From Isurus oxyrinchus (taxonomy: Eukaryota): a DNA stretch of 64,000 nt. Numbering within the stretch: position 1 is the stretch's first letter; every line of letters starts with the position of its first letter. The translations under genes were made by a program, and so were the position numbers. Location of the stretch: positions 38,502,001-38,566,000 of the forward strand of contig JANJGN010000026.1 of the NCBI GenBank assembly GCA_026770705.1. The letters run 5' to 3'. Positions 50,901-63,188 of this stretch are shown here, piece by piece. The notes under the pieces are model-generated. The model searched no databases and was not told where the DNA came from. It saw nothing but the letters and a program-made list of their open reading frames with translations.

Positions 50901-51539
50901 GATATTTCAAAAGGTCTCTCACCAGTGCACAGTCATGTTCACTTAATCGTGCCCCTCATCTCCTCCCGCTTTGACTGGTATTGGAGATCATTAGCTGTGG
51001 CAATGCTGACAGAGAATCAGAACCATGACCATTATTTTCTGCTTCAAATGTCAGCGAATAGAGAGGGTGGGGGATGGGATCAGGGGATAGAGAGAGAGGG
51101 GCAGAAAGAAAAACTACGTGTTAACAGACAGAATAAGACTGCGATAAAGGGAGAAGCATTGAAAGAAATATGCTGAGAGAAAGATTCAAGAGAAACCCAG
51201 CTGGTAAGCAAAATGAGTGAAAGCACGACAGATGGAAAGATGGGAAGTGAGGGAGAAGAGAGATAGATAGAGAGAGAGAGCGATGGGGAGGGAGGGAAGG
51301 GGATGGGGAGAGAGAGCTGCAACCATAAAGTCAAAGGGAGATAGAGGAGGTGTTAACTAGATGGATTGACACCGAAGCATCGACAGACACAGAGAGAGTG
51401 AGAGACAAACAGACAGACAGAGTCTCACTCACGCAGCTAGGCAAGGAGAAGTTTGGGCTGGAGACATCAATAATTGGCCCACAACTAGCAGTGGTTGGCG
51501 TATATTTGTAGGTGGTTCTGAGAGACCAGCCAACCTGGA

Positions 51540-52180
51540 CAAAGAGAAAAGCCCCAGAAACTGAACTGGACTAGCCATATAAATACAATGGCTACAAGAG
51601 CAGGTCAGAGGCTCGGAATTCTGCGGCGAGTAATCCAACTCCAGGCTCCCCAAAGTCTGCACACCATTTAGAAGTCACAAGTCAAAAGTGAGATCGAATA
51701 CTCCCCACTTACCTGGATAAGGGCTGCTCCCACAACACTCAAGAAGCTTGACACTGTCCAAGACAAAGTAGCCCGCTTGATTGGCACCACATGCACACAC
51801 ATTCACTACCTCCACTACCGACGCACTGTGTCACATCTACAAGATGCGTTGCAGAAATTCCCCAAGGCTCATTCGACAACCCTTTCCAAATCCACGACCA
51901 CTGCCAACTAGAAGGACAAGGGCAGCAGATTGAAGGGAACGCCACCACCTGGAAATTTCCCTCCAAGTCACTCGCCACCCTGACTTGGAAATATATCGCC
52001 GTTCCCTTATTGTCGCTGGGTCAAAACCCTGGAATACCCTGCCTAACAGCACAATGGGCGTACCTACAACACATGGACTGCAGTGGTTCCAGAAGACAGC
52101 TCATCATCACCTTCTCAAGGACAAGTAGGGATGTGTAATAAAGGCGGACGCAGCCAGTGCCACCACATGCCATGAAAGGA
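51540..52180 (+). mobile_element. Shark LINE 3' fragment
   Basis: Degenerate RT C-terminus (RAGQRLGILRR...KSQV.S..EYSPL.W) plus a tail shared with 1860-2200 and 56565-56880. Confidence 0.75.
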
Positions 52181-52243
52181 TAGAAATTTTTTTCACAAAA
52201 AACATATACCCCTTTCTCTGAATGTACTCTTTAATGTCAGGTC

Positions 52244-52711
52244 ATGTTCTCCCCATATTTGTTATTGATAAGAATAGACGTGCTGCCTGTTGAATCTATG
52301 TTTAAATGACCAGTTTCTGTTCAATTGGATATATTTACTCGCAAGGTTCTGAAACCTTTTGCGTTTTTGTTACAGGAATGAGCAGCAAAGATTTAGTGGC
52401 TCATGAACCGCCAAAATTAACGGTTCAAGAAGGATAGACCCTGATATTAGCTGCAGATGCTCCACGTTCTGTCGTAATTCCTATCTCTACTGATATGTTC
52501 AGTATCCTGGGGCAGTTCCGCGATATTTAATGAAGAGGACAAGGGACAGAGAGATAAGTCTCCAGATATCCTCGACCTGTTCTCTGCTGTTTTGGGCAGA
52601 CATAAAACCTGACCCTGAGCATTTCCCGGTTCTCTAGTCTCTGTCTCTACCGTTTATCACTATGCGCCGAGCCTCGGTGTTGGAGACGCGCTGACAGGCC
52701 CTACAACAACC
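52244..52711 (+). pseudogene. TRAV-like V pseudogene (leader from ~52244, V exon 52376-52672, RSS 52673-52711)
   Basis: GMSSKDLVAHEPPKLTVQEG*TL/SC...YLY*YVQYPGAVPRYLMKR, then CTCGGTG-23-ACAACAACC. Confidence 0.75.
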
Positions 52712-53254
52712 GACAGAGAACTCTCACTTTTTTTTTCATTGAATCAATTATGGCCCTGAATTGTTAACTGTTAACGGAACAAGTTAACAGTTAACCAAGT
52801 TAAAGACTAGTTTTGTGAAATTTCTGTGTTGCAGACCCCATTATTGCAGTGTGTTTCAGACTCCATCTGTTTAATATTCCTCTTAATATCAGCTGTGCGA
52901 ATTTCCCATGGTCAGTGAGCAGCTCTTTTAATGCGAGTCTCGGACATTGGTGGACAACATTAACTATTTCCCCTCACTACCGCCACTTCACACTGACTCT
53001 GCGGGAGACCCAGAATTCAGTTCAATCCTTGGTACAGTCCCCTTGGAGGGGATGAAGACTTCGCTGATTCGCTTGCACCACGCTCTAACGCAAACAAAAT
53101 GCGTGAAGCTGTTTTGACATCAATTGTCCAGACTTTCAGAAATTAACCAATGGCTGAAGAGACCGAGTACAAATAAAAATCTTCCCAACCTTTCGCGGAA
53201 ACATTTACAGATTCAACCTGTTCTGTTTCAATCCGCCATTAGCTCGCTGTAAAT

Positions 53255-53768
53255 ATGTTGGGTTTCATATTTTATTCATTTCTCACAGTTGCAGCTCGCT
53301 TACCCGGTAAGTCTACTAGTTTTAGGATTTTCCTCTTGCAGGTATCATTAATTTTTTTTAATTCGGTCTTATTCCTATTTAGAATATGTTCCCTCACTTA
53401 ACCTAATAAACTGGGATAAAGTAATAAAATCTTAAAGTGCCTTAATTTTTAATTTCTGCAGGTGTTAGTACTGCAGATTCGGTCTCACAGTGGCCAGATG
53501 CAGCGATGCAGTTTGAAGGAGACTCAGTGACCATTCATTTCAGCTATTCCACCATTGCTACTGCATATTCCTTACAGTTGTATCGTCAGCACCGGGGTAA
53601 TGCTCCCGCATTCTTAATCTACATCCTGAATTACGGCAATATTTTCAGGGCAAAGGACGTACGGACTCGATTTTCTGGATCTCTCGACACTTCGAAAAGT
53701 GAGGGGAATTTCACCATCCGTGACCTGCGGCTGTCTGACAGCGCGGTATATTACTGCGGGCTGGGAGA
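53255..53768 (+). CDS. TRAV/TRDV-like V segment with open frame (leader 53255-53306, V exon 53462-53768) but Cys23>Phe and Trp41>Leu
   Basis: MLGFIFYSFLTVAARLP|GVSTADSVSQWPDAAMQFEGDSVTIHFSYSTIATAYSLQLYRQHRGNAPAFLIYI...RFSGSLDTSKSEGNFTIRDLRLSDSAVYYCGLG, with canonical GT/AG splice sites. Confidence 0.88.
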
Positions 53769-53807
53769 CACAGTGACAGGCACAAGAGGGAGACCCGTAC
53801 AAAAACC
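53769..53807 (+). other. Perfect consensus 23-RSS
   Basis: CACAGTG-23-ACAAAAACC. Confidence 0.97.
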
Positions 53808-54399
53808 GTGCTGCAATATTTCAAAGTGAATTGAGTAGCGGAATATGTAGCGATATACAGGGAATGCGCATTCTTCTCCAAGTAAAGCCAAAAGACAACT
53901 CCCATCAACTCTGAGTAGGTGAGTTTGAATGCAGAATTTATTCGCTCCATAATTCAGCAGGAGAAACCCTGCGCATGTCTTTTTGGTAACCCGGCCTGTT
54001 AATGTCTAATACATAGGAAGTTTCTCCTGTTTATTGCCCGTGTATTTTCACGCTCTATTTAGTGTGACACTAACGCAGGAATTACAAGTTAAGATCTACT
54101 GGTTGCGTTAACGCAGTAGAATGTTGATCAAACCCGACTTCATCCCAGTCAACAAGCTCAGTGATAATGAGTGAAATAACTGAAAATCTCCATCCGCATT
54201 CACACCCCTGTATTTCTTTCTTTGAGAAGAACCTTCATGCTGGTTCATTAAAGTTCACACTGTCTCTCAGGTCAATTAGAGATCAAGCTGTGTACACTTA
54301 CCCGTCTTTCTCTCTGATCAGCAGAATGCGACGTTGAAGTCTCAGTTCTCTTTAATAAAGACTTTCACCACGTGATGAGGAAATAACATCAGTCCAATC

Positions 54400-55340
54400 A
54401 GATCCAGTGATCTCAGCTTCTCCAGTCGTATGTTCTGCAGGAAGTGACATCAGACCAGCCTCAGCCAATGCTGTCAGACTATTCTTGTTCGATACTCTGC
54501 AGGTTTCTGAGACACAAAAGGTCCCTTGAATTCCCGGAGCAGCAGCAATGCGAGTCTCCGTCCTCGCTGTGATCTGGGTGACATTCACTGCCTATGAGGA
54601 GTTTAACACTTTTAAAAGGGTTTAATTTTCGAAGGAATTAATTTAAAAATAAGGGCGTTCATGTTAAAAGTGCAGCATGTCTTGGTTAGAGCACACTTGA
54701 GCTATTGTGAGCTATTCTGACCTCTTCCTCACAAGAGGAATATAATGAGGCATAGATACAATTCAGCAAGGCATTACAGTGATGATGCCAGGTTTGAGAG
54801 GTAAAGAAAACACTGCACAGACTGGCATCCTTTCCTATATTAAAGAGAAGACAGATAGGTAACCAAACAGAGTTCTTTTAGTGAGGATGGAGTTTGAAAG
54901 GGTAGACATGGAGATGTTTCCACTTGTGTTTAATTCAAAACGTTTGGATATAATTATAAGTGACCAAAAGATCCAACATGGAGTTCAGGAGAAATTAATT
55001 TATCGAGAGATGGGATGGAATATGTAAATCACTATCACCAGCAGGGACTGAGGCGAACTGAAGCATTTAAGGGACATGGAGGGTGAATGGAATAGGAGGA
55101 TATGCCGAGAGAGTGAGATAAAGAGGGATAGGCTCGTTGGAAGTGTAAACACCGAAATATTGAAGAAGGTGCCATTTTATGTGGTGTAGTTTGTAGATCA
55201 TTTAATGTAGCATTGTTTGCGAAATTTCACAGTTAGTTCATTTCCAATGAACTTTTAATCTCTAATTTCTGCTTTCTTTAACCTTATGTTGCAGATCTGA
55301 GCGATGGAGATTCTGTTATTCAGCGGGAATCCTCAATCTG
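54400..55340 (+). pseudogene. Truncated V gene: promoter, leader 54548-54593 (dead donor) and V exon stub 55295-55340
   Basis: GGAAGTGACATCA motif at ~54440; leader MRVSVLAVIWVTFTA followed by AT instead of GT; gcag|.LSDGDSVIQRESS, then loss of V similarity. Confidence 0.65.
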
Positions 55341-55522
55341 CAGTTTGTTCTCTCGGTCGCTGCTGGAAACTGTTGGGTGACTGTTTGATCCAAGATGAAT
55401 GTAGTTTCGTCTCAGTGTGTGTTTGTGCGGCTGACAGCACCTCTGAACATTGTGGTTGCATCTGCCCGAGATTCTACACATAAACGCAAATAGACAGGAG
55501 CCCCGAGTCACAGTTCAAAGAC

Positions 55523-56008
55523 AGTTTGTGCACAGGTGTGAGACTGTTTTCCATCGCTATGAGTTTGAGAGAGCAGCAATACACGGCAGCGTCAGTCAAC
55601 TGCAGACCCGAGATGGTTAAACTAGTGAATTTCGTGGAGGTCTGGAGCTCGACTGAGAAAAGGATTTGGGCAAAATCTGTTTTTTCATCATAACCGTTCG
55701 TGGATTTCAGCAACAGTAACTGGAGCTGGGCGCCTGGATGTTGCCTGAATAAGTATAACCAATAGCTGCTTTGTGTCGTATGATAGCTGCAGCTTAAAGT
55801 CACTGCTTCTCCTCTTGCCTTTGCATCTGAGGACAGCTGCCCTTACAGAATTTCCATGAATTAGATCTGAACAACATGCTGAAGCAGAAAAAAATCAGGC
55901 CATTTAAAAGGTGTGTGGGAAATGAGAAAAATAAAAATGAAATGTGTGTATTTCACAATTACCTGTCACAAATGCTCCCCACACAACCCAAATGCTGAGT
56001 AATCTCAC
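55523..56008 (-). pseudogene. TRDV/TRAV-like V pseudogene (leader 55963-56008, V exon 55562-55866, RSS 55523-55561)
   Basis: The leader starts with GTG and FR1 has a frameshift. Reads VTLSCSYHTTQSSYWLYLFRQHPGAQLQLLL...FSVELQTSTKFTSLTISGLQLTDAAVYCCSL, then CATAGCG-23-GCACAAACT. Confidence 0.85.
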
Positions 56009-56162
56009 TGTCGCTGTCCGCTCTGTAAAAGGGGAGTTGGATATTTGACGACACCCATTTTAAACCCTACCCTCAATAATCTGTTTTCGTGTCTCAGGAT
56101 GTTCTCACCTCACTTCCTTCTGTCCCCAGTGGTGCTCTGAGAGCCTAGGTGTTGAGCTGGTC

Positions 56163-56327
56163 CTCAGTGAATGTAAACGGCCCGAGCTGGGCTACGGCCA
56201 GTGTCTTTATAGGGGGAATGGCTCAACTTTAGAGGCCAAGGGTGGTGTCCTGGCTCTCAGTGAATTTAAACACCCAGAGCTGGGCGATATTCATTGTCCT
56301 TATAGGCGGAATGGCTCAGTTTTAGAG
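56163..56327 (+). repeat. Two-copy tandem repeat, ~93-bp period
   Basis: ctcagtgaat(g/t)taaac...gagctgggc...tatagg(g/c)ggaatggctca...ttagag occurs twice. Confidence 0.75.
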
Positions 56328-56564
56328 ACTGGCAAAGAGTGGCTTTTTATTGTAACCGGGGATCAAAAGACTCATCTGACCAGAAGGAGAGTCGGAACAG
56401 TGACTCTGCAGAGATTTCCCTCAAGCATCAGTTAACTAATAAGCTAAGAGCGATTCCGTGTTTTGTCTCACTGATTTTGAGATCCGTGACATTATAACAA
56501 AGATATCTGTTGTTACTGAACAAGTAATTGCACAAAACTGGATAAACAAACCTAAAGGGTTCAA

Positions 56565-56880
56565 CAAGGCTCCTTCGATATCAACTTCCAAACCCACGAC
56601 CACTCCCACTTAGAAGGACAAGGGCATCAGATAGATGGGAACACCACCACCTGGAATTTCCTCTCCGAGTCACTCACCATCCTGACTTGGAAATACATCG
56701 CTATTCCTTCACTATCGCTGGGTCAAAATCCTGGAACTCCCTCCCTAACAGCAATGTGGGTGTGCCTACATGGACTGCATCAGTTCCAGAAGTCAGCTCA
56801 CCACCACCTTCTCAAGAGCAAATAGGGATGGACAATAAATGCTGACCCAGCCAGTGAAGCCCACATCCCGTGAATGAATG
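56565..56880 (+). mobile_element. Shark LINE 3' end
   Basis: Same tail as 51860-52180, ending aataaatgctga...catcccgtgaatgaatg. Confidence 0.75.
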
Positions 56881-59273
56881 ACAAAAAACCAGCTCCCCCT
56901 CTAATTTAAACAACATTCCGAGCACTGACGCCTGATGCAGTTTATACTTAAAACTTTGTTCAAACTCAGTGGTTGATTCTGCCCATCTTTGTGCAAGTAA
57001 AGTTATATTTATGCATCCATAACCTTCAGATTTCGGACTTGTAAATCGAGATAAAAGAGATTGTGTCACATCGACTCTGTGCAGCCATTTACAGAGGTCA
57101 GAACGCTTTGAGCGGGTAAAAGCTCCCAGTGTGAAGTGCAGGGTGAATACTCATTAAAAAAGTACGTAACACCCACAGTGCATGAAAAACTGTCCTTACA
57201 ACTCTCAATCAGATTAGAAAAATATGTGGTGCAAAGAGAAGCAAAATAAAAGGGTTTTGAACTGCCTTTCGCTCTTTTAACCCAGTGATTAGCATTAGAA
57301 TTTAACCCATTGATACAACTTTCTGAGAATCATTAAGGAAGAGCTGCTGTGGGGATAGAAATGGAGTTAGATTACTGACTGTGACTGATGTACATTAAGA
57401 ATTAAACTCTGGATATCCCGCCCTCACCATGGACCTGTGTTAATGCAAGGCAAACATGCAAAATTTTCAACAGCTCCATTTTCCAACCCAGTCTTCTTCG
57501 GCTAGGATAGCCACATGAAGATGAAAAGGTGAATGTCCCAATTGGATACATCATATTTCAGGACAATGGTTGAAATCATAAAATCATGGAGCATCTACAG
57601 CACAGAGGAAGGCCATTCATCCCAAGTTATCCGTGCCAACCCTTTGTGAGAGCAGCTAAGTCAGAATCATTGCTTTTCCCCCATAGCCCTGCAAATCGTT
57701 TCTGGAATTCTAGCAAGATCAGTTGTCTGGAAAATCTTTTCTTATCGTTGATCGATTTTTGATGTTTTAATTTTCCAGAGATCAGTTAACGTGGCAGCCT
57801 CCTATCTGTTTGATAGCCAGCATCGAATCAGGTGGCCGACGTGTTTCTCACCGACACCTCCGATATTCGGGCTGGTTGCAGTTTTGAAATGTCATAAGCG
57901 ATTGGTGACAATTCACTTTGGTGGTGCAGTCAGGTCCTCTCAATCTGCCCGAAACCAACCTTCACCCACTGCGGCTCTGTGTTGAAATCTGCCCAGACAA
58001 AGTGGATCTACACCTACTTTTCTAGTGGAAGGTGACTGGACTGAGCAGTGAGTCAGAAAGTCCAACTTTTAAGGCACTGGGGACTACCGAATTCAATGGC
58101 GACGTCAGCGTTTCTGCTGCCGGTGAATGAATTCACCCAGCCGAAGGGGGCGGAGGGGTTGGGGTGGTGGGCGGGGGAGGGGGGGACGCTGGTGGGGGTG
58201 GGGGAGTATTGCGGGGAATAGAAACAATTAATGCAGCTGAAACAAACTAGAAAACTGCCTTAAGTATGGAACAGTAGGAAAGTAGAATGGAGAACATGCA
58301 GACGTGCCTGTGTTGCTTTCATAACTGCAGATGAATGTGAAAGAGATCCAAGAGTCGAGAGGGTTCCGATTTGCAGGGAATGCAGTCGTGAATCCCTTGG
58401 ATACTGGCAGTAAGAGATATCTTTTCATGATACCTTGACATTGGCAGGGTCAAAAGGATATCATATCTATCGTCACTGTTTAATTGCAGCATTTACCTGT
58501 GCAGCACATGGACCAAACAGGCGCGAGGAAGTTGTTTCAATAATAATATGCACATTGAAAATGATGCAAGCTCCACCTCTCTATGAGAACCATGTTAGTC
58601 CCAGGATCGCGAAATGAATTGCAATGTTATTATTTAGCTGCAAATACCTTCACCACTGAACTCGGGTTGAAGTGTGCCGGTGAAAGTAGATTTTGAATGA
58701 CAGAGAAATTCCAACCCAATCCGAATTGTAATTCCTAATGGCAAATGTATTTAATTCCAAACTGTCAGCTTGAGGTAACTATCTTATTTGTAATCAAGTA
58801 AGGTGCGAAATTATTAACATTAGCAAAGATAGAATATTTTGTATTCAAATCGAAGGACTGAAAATAATTTTTTATGTGAATTAAATGGAAGCAAATGCCA
58901 GTCAGCATTCCTTGGGACAATATGACCTTTGGTAGACACAGCGACCCGCAGCGCCACCTGGTAGCCTGGTTTAAATGATCACCTTTGAGAGGATCACACA
59001 GATCATTGCTCACGATTTGTGTTCTCTCCATTTCCGTTATTCGGTCTGATTCAGGATAACGAAACGAACGGCCCTCCCACCTTCTAACAAAGCTGAGCTA
59101 GAATCTCCCTTACACTTCACTTTGTGAGGTGAAGTCCCAGAAGCCTGCTTCTAGCGGGCACAGTGTTCTGGTGTTCCTAAAGGTTGATGCAGAGCAGCAC
59201 TGTGTTCTCCAGAAGCAGCTACCCTGACCTGGATCTGCCGACAGTTAATTTACCCAAGTTGATAGGACACGAC

Positions 59274-60140
59274 ATGAAGCTAAGCCTCCTTTTATTGGTG
59301 GCCTCTCTGGATTTCGCACTCACTCCTCCACATGAGTGTGGCACACATCATTAGATACAATATGACTATACTATCATATATATTGCAATATATATTACCA
59401 CAATATAATATATATTATTCGTTTATGGGCTGTAGGCGTCGCTCTCTGGGCTACCATTTATTGCCTACCCCTCCCTGTGTGACCTTGTTCAGGGGGCATT
59501 TAAGAGTCAACCACATTGCTGTAAGACTGGAGTCACATGTTGGCCAGGCCAAGTAAGGATGGCAGATTTCCTGCCCTAAAAAGCGTAAATGAACCAGATG
59601 GGTTTTTATGACAACCGACAGTGGTTGCATCGTCATATTCTCAGATTTGTACTGAATTCAAATTTCACCATTTGCCGGAGTTCTAAATAAATATATATGT
59701 ATATTTATATAGAAATAAAACTATGCTACATTCTGTTGGATTGAGTTTTCCTCTATTCTATCAACTTGTCTTTTGTTATTTTGTATTTTATTTTTGTATG
59801 TTATTTGAAATTGGGTAATATTTTACTAATTATGTGACATTATGTCTAATGCAACTGGCAGTGATGGATTATGACAGTCAGCGGTTGTTGCAGAAGGGGA
59901 CATTGACCTGTTCTACCACAGTAGCAGGGCGAATCCTACTCTGGTACAGACAATATCCGGACTGAACAATGCAGTACCTGGCAAGAAGTACCAGCGATCG
60001 TAACCGGATCAAGGCTTGGCCCAGTTTAGCAAAGTGAAGTGCGCTGAATGTTAGCAACACTTCAGTGATAGACACTGCCATCTATTTCTCTTCCTTTGAG
60101 ACACAATGTGTCACCTAGCAGTGAGGATCATAGAAAAGCC
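59274..60140 (+). pseudogene. V pseudogene (leader 59274-59331 with dead donor, V exon ~59862-60101, RSS 60102-60140)
   Basis: MKLSLLLLVASLDFALTPP; TLTCSTTVAGRILLWYRQYPD*TMQYLA...ALNVSNTSVIDTAIYFSSF; CACAATG-23-AGAAAAGCC. Confidence 0.75.
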
Positions 60141-60454
60141 TTCTGAGGGAGAGGGTGACAGCTTGTAGCCTCTGCCCTCATCAAGGAACTGGGAGTTTGA
60201 TAACAATTAACCTGGAAAAGGACCCTCAGTCCCCTAATAGGAGAATCCTGCTCTGATCAGAGCTAAAGCTATAAGATCAGACGAGAAGGGTCAACATCCG
60301 TTTAATCTTAGTTTATTTCCTGTCAAAATCGAAATCAGACGCCATGTGTTCCCCACATTCCTTTCTGAAAATACATTCTATGTTTAAATAATCATTGGGT
60401 ATTTCATGTTTAAGTCTAGTCCTAGACTTTGGCACAATTTATGCTTTGTTACAG

Positions 60455-60700
60455 GCACGAGGGAGAGAGAGAGAGTGAGACTCCCTGCATCCCACTGGGT
60501 TAACGGTCTGGAAGAAAAGGTAGCAATGTTAGGCTGCAGTTACTGCAAATCTGATAAATTTCTCTAGCTCTGCTGATGCATTAATATTCAGGGCGGGCTC
60601 CGAGATATTGACTGAGGACATGTAACTCGAGATATTGAGCTTGATCTCAATATTTCCATACAGGTTCCCTGTTGCCGTGGACAAGAACTAAAAGAGTAAT
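60455..60700 (+). pseudogene. Degraded V fragment
   Basis: ttgttacag|GTRERERVRLPASHWVNGLEEKVAMLGCSY...GRAPRY...RFPVAVDK, with many stops and no RSS found. Confidence 0.5.
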
Positions 60701-60813
60701 GCAACTGTTTGAGAAACAAACCTGTCATCTTTCTTCGTGGGCTTTCTTGGGATCAAAGTCCTCGTCGGTAAAAGCGCAAAAGAGCACTTAACGGTGTTCT
60801 AAATAGTCACTAA

Positions 60814-61383
60814 GGTATTTGTACGGCGTCTTGGCTGTTATCTGACGCTGTGCCTCACTGCACAGTAATACGCCGCGCTGTCCTCCACACTGAGGCCGCT
60901 TATATTGAGGTAACCAGATTTTGTAGACCCGTCAGCAGCTGCCAGATATTATCCTGCGATTTCGTCTTCTTTCAGCACTACTGTTCTGCTAATTATCCAA
61001 CCTGGAGGCTGTGCCGGCTTCTGCCGATACCATTGCATGTAGTCAATATCCAGGGTTTTATATTCGCAATGCAACTGCACAGAACCCCCAGCTGATACGG
61101 TTGTTGTCAGCGGAGACTGAGTCACTGGATCTGCAAGTAGTCCACCTATGGAGGTAGAGGAATGAAAAAATACGAGGTTAAATTTAAACCTGTGTCTATC
61201 TCTACGAATGTGCAAATTCCCACCTCCCTAGCTGTCTATAATATGTCTGTACCTGATCGCTAACCGCATTAAATCCTAGTGCAAACTCTTTGCATCAATC
61301 TGCTAATCTGCCTTGATCAACATAATCCAGTACTTACTGCCCAACAGAGCGGCCAGTATTATCAGAAACACGTCAAAGTGAAT
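60814..61383 (-). pseudogene. TRAV-like V pseudogene (leader 61338-61383, V exon 60853-61145, RSS 60814-60852)
   Basis: DPVTQSPLTTTVSAGGSVQLHCEYKTLDIDYMQWYRQKPAQPPGWII...EIAG*YLAAADGSTKSGYLNISGLSVEDSAAYYCAVR, then CACAGCG-23-ACAAATACC. One stop; the leader start reads ATT. Confidence 0.9.
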
Positions 61384-61573
61384 CTCTCTCAGTGAATGTC
61401 AATGGAATGAGCCAGAGATTGAGGAGGAGAGAGGGAACCCTGGCTCTGTTCAGCGCATTGTTTCACCCACACACTGCAGGGTGCCAGACCCATCGTGACC
61501 TCACTCTGGAAACCATCTTTATCGGCACCGTTGTTGGTCACACGTGACTTTCTAATTAACATGCAGGAACCAG

Positions 61574-61587
61574 GCGCCCTCTGCTGG
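61574..61587 (-). promoter_or_regulatory. CTCF core motif upstream of a V leader
   Basis: The minus strand reads CCAGCAGAGGGCGC. Confidence 0.65.
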
Positions 61588-62808
61588 CAAATTCTGTTCA
61601 ATTCGGTTTAGAATGGGGCCTTTGAGTGGATGGAGGGTTCATTGGCATACATATTAAAACAGGCATGCCAGATATTGTTTCCCAGGAATTTAAATTGGTG
61701 CTGATCAGACTCAGGCTTTTTTTTTATGTTTATGCTAGAGAATAATACAATTCTTTCTATGTTACTGTTTGAAAATCAGGGAAACGCTATTTAGATAGAA
61801 TGTCCAGATATTAGATATTAGACATTTGAAGTAATACACCAGGCAGGTACTAAGAGTGGTGGCCTTAAATGTAAACAGACGAGAAACTGGCATTATTCTT
61901 TCATCAAATGATTTAAAGGAGATACTTACCTGAAGTACTCAAAATGATAAGGGATCTGATGTAATACATCACGCATAATTGTACCCAGTAGCAGAAAATT
62001 CGATAACCCATGCACTCCATTTTCAGTGAGAAAAATATAAGAAAAAGGTGAAATTCACTCATTACACTGTGTTGAAACCTGAAATGCACGAACCAAAGGG
62101 TGGAAGAAGAACATCCAATCGTAACGTTCAAAAGGAAATTGTAAGTTTAACATGGGAATACTTGCCCCTCATGCGGAAATTGCAAGAGTTGAAAGGCGAT
62201 TATGATAACTCTTCCAAACAGACACAGGGATGGTATGACAAATAGTCTAATTCAGTGGTCTAAAATTCTATGATTCAAGTTTCTTCATGCCTCTTCTGCT
62301 CTATTTGGTCTCTGTCACTTGAACAGTGAGCAGCTGCAGGATTGTCACAAACCTGCGAAGTTTCAACCGTCGCTATTTCCACTCCCTCCATTCAGAGTGC
62401 GGCTGAGAGTCACTGCACACCTTACTCAATATTGAGTTTGCGGTATCCCGGCCCACATCTTCCGTTTGCTGCTGTCGCTCTGACCCGATTGTGTAACTGG
62501 AGAGATTGCTGCTGCTGGTCCCTTTTTCTCATTGTTTCGGTGGGCATTGCAGTGGGACGTGGATCTGTATTTCTGCTTTGACAGAGGATTTTTTGCACGT
62601 ACGTTGCAGACTCAGGACGTATCATGGGGAACAATTTCACTCCGCTTCCCATTGTGAGCATCTCCTTCCCAGTAAAATCCATTGTCCTCCTGATTGCTGT
62701 GCCCCAGGTGTCATTGTTGTTCAAATAATGGTGACGGCGATAATGATTATTGTGTTGACCAACACGAAGCTGATGCTGATTATTGTTTTTACTTTTCTTT
62801 AATGTTAG

Positions 62809-63153
62809 AATGGGAGCACCAGGACACAGTGGAACAGCCGCTTCATGAAATGATGGATGAACAGGAAATTAATGTTGTACAAACTTGCACTTTGAAAGCA
62901 AGATATCGCAATTTTTAATGTGTACTGGCACACTGAGCACCCCAGGCAGCCTCCAGAGTGCGTGATTTATTATATTGGAGAGAATGTGTGCAGGAGCACC
63001 GATATCACTGATCGGATTTCCTCTACGCTTAATAAAACTGCCAAGATCGTTGAGTTAACGATCGGCAACACACTGATTTCCCACTTCACCGTACAGTTAT
63101 GTGTCATGAGCCTAACAATTCTACAGAGAGATAGCGGATCCCAGACAAAACTC
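62809..63153 (+). pseudogene. TRAV-like V pseudogene with degenerate RSS
   Basis: QDTVEQPLHEMM...VVQTCTL/VYWHTEHPRQPPECVIYY...DRISSTLNKTAKIVELTIGNTLIS....LCVMS, then AACAATT...ACAAAACT. Confidence 0.75.
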
Positions 63154-63174
63154 ACAGAGATTTTCAGTTAGCGC

Positions 63175-63188
63175 TCAGCAGAGGGCGC
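63175..63188 (+). promoter_or_regulatory. CTCF core motif ~20 bp 3' of a V RSS
   Basis: TCAGCAGAGGGCGC. Confidence 0.6.

Noticed and set aside
50204-50960. Leader-like exon at 50204-50249 (+) and a CALVR/nonamer-like remnant near 50870-50930 (-)
   Set aside because: No V exon follows the leader, and the heptamer-nonamer spacing does not fit 12 or 23.
57780-58040. Possible degraded V fragment (RQSGSTPTFLV)
   Set aside because: Too few conserved residues and no RSS.
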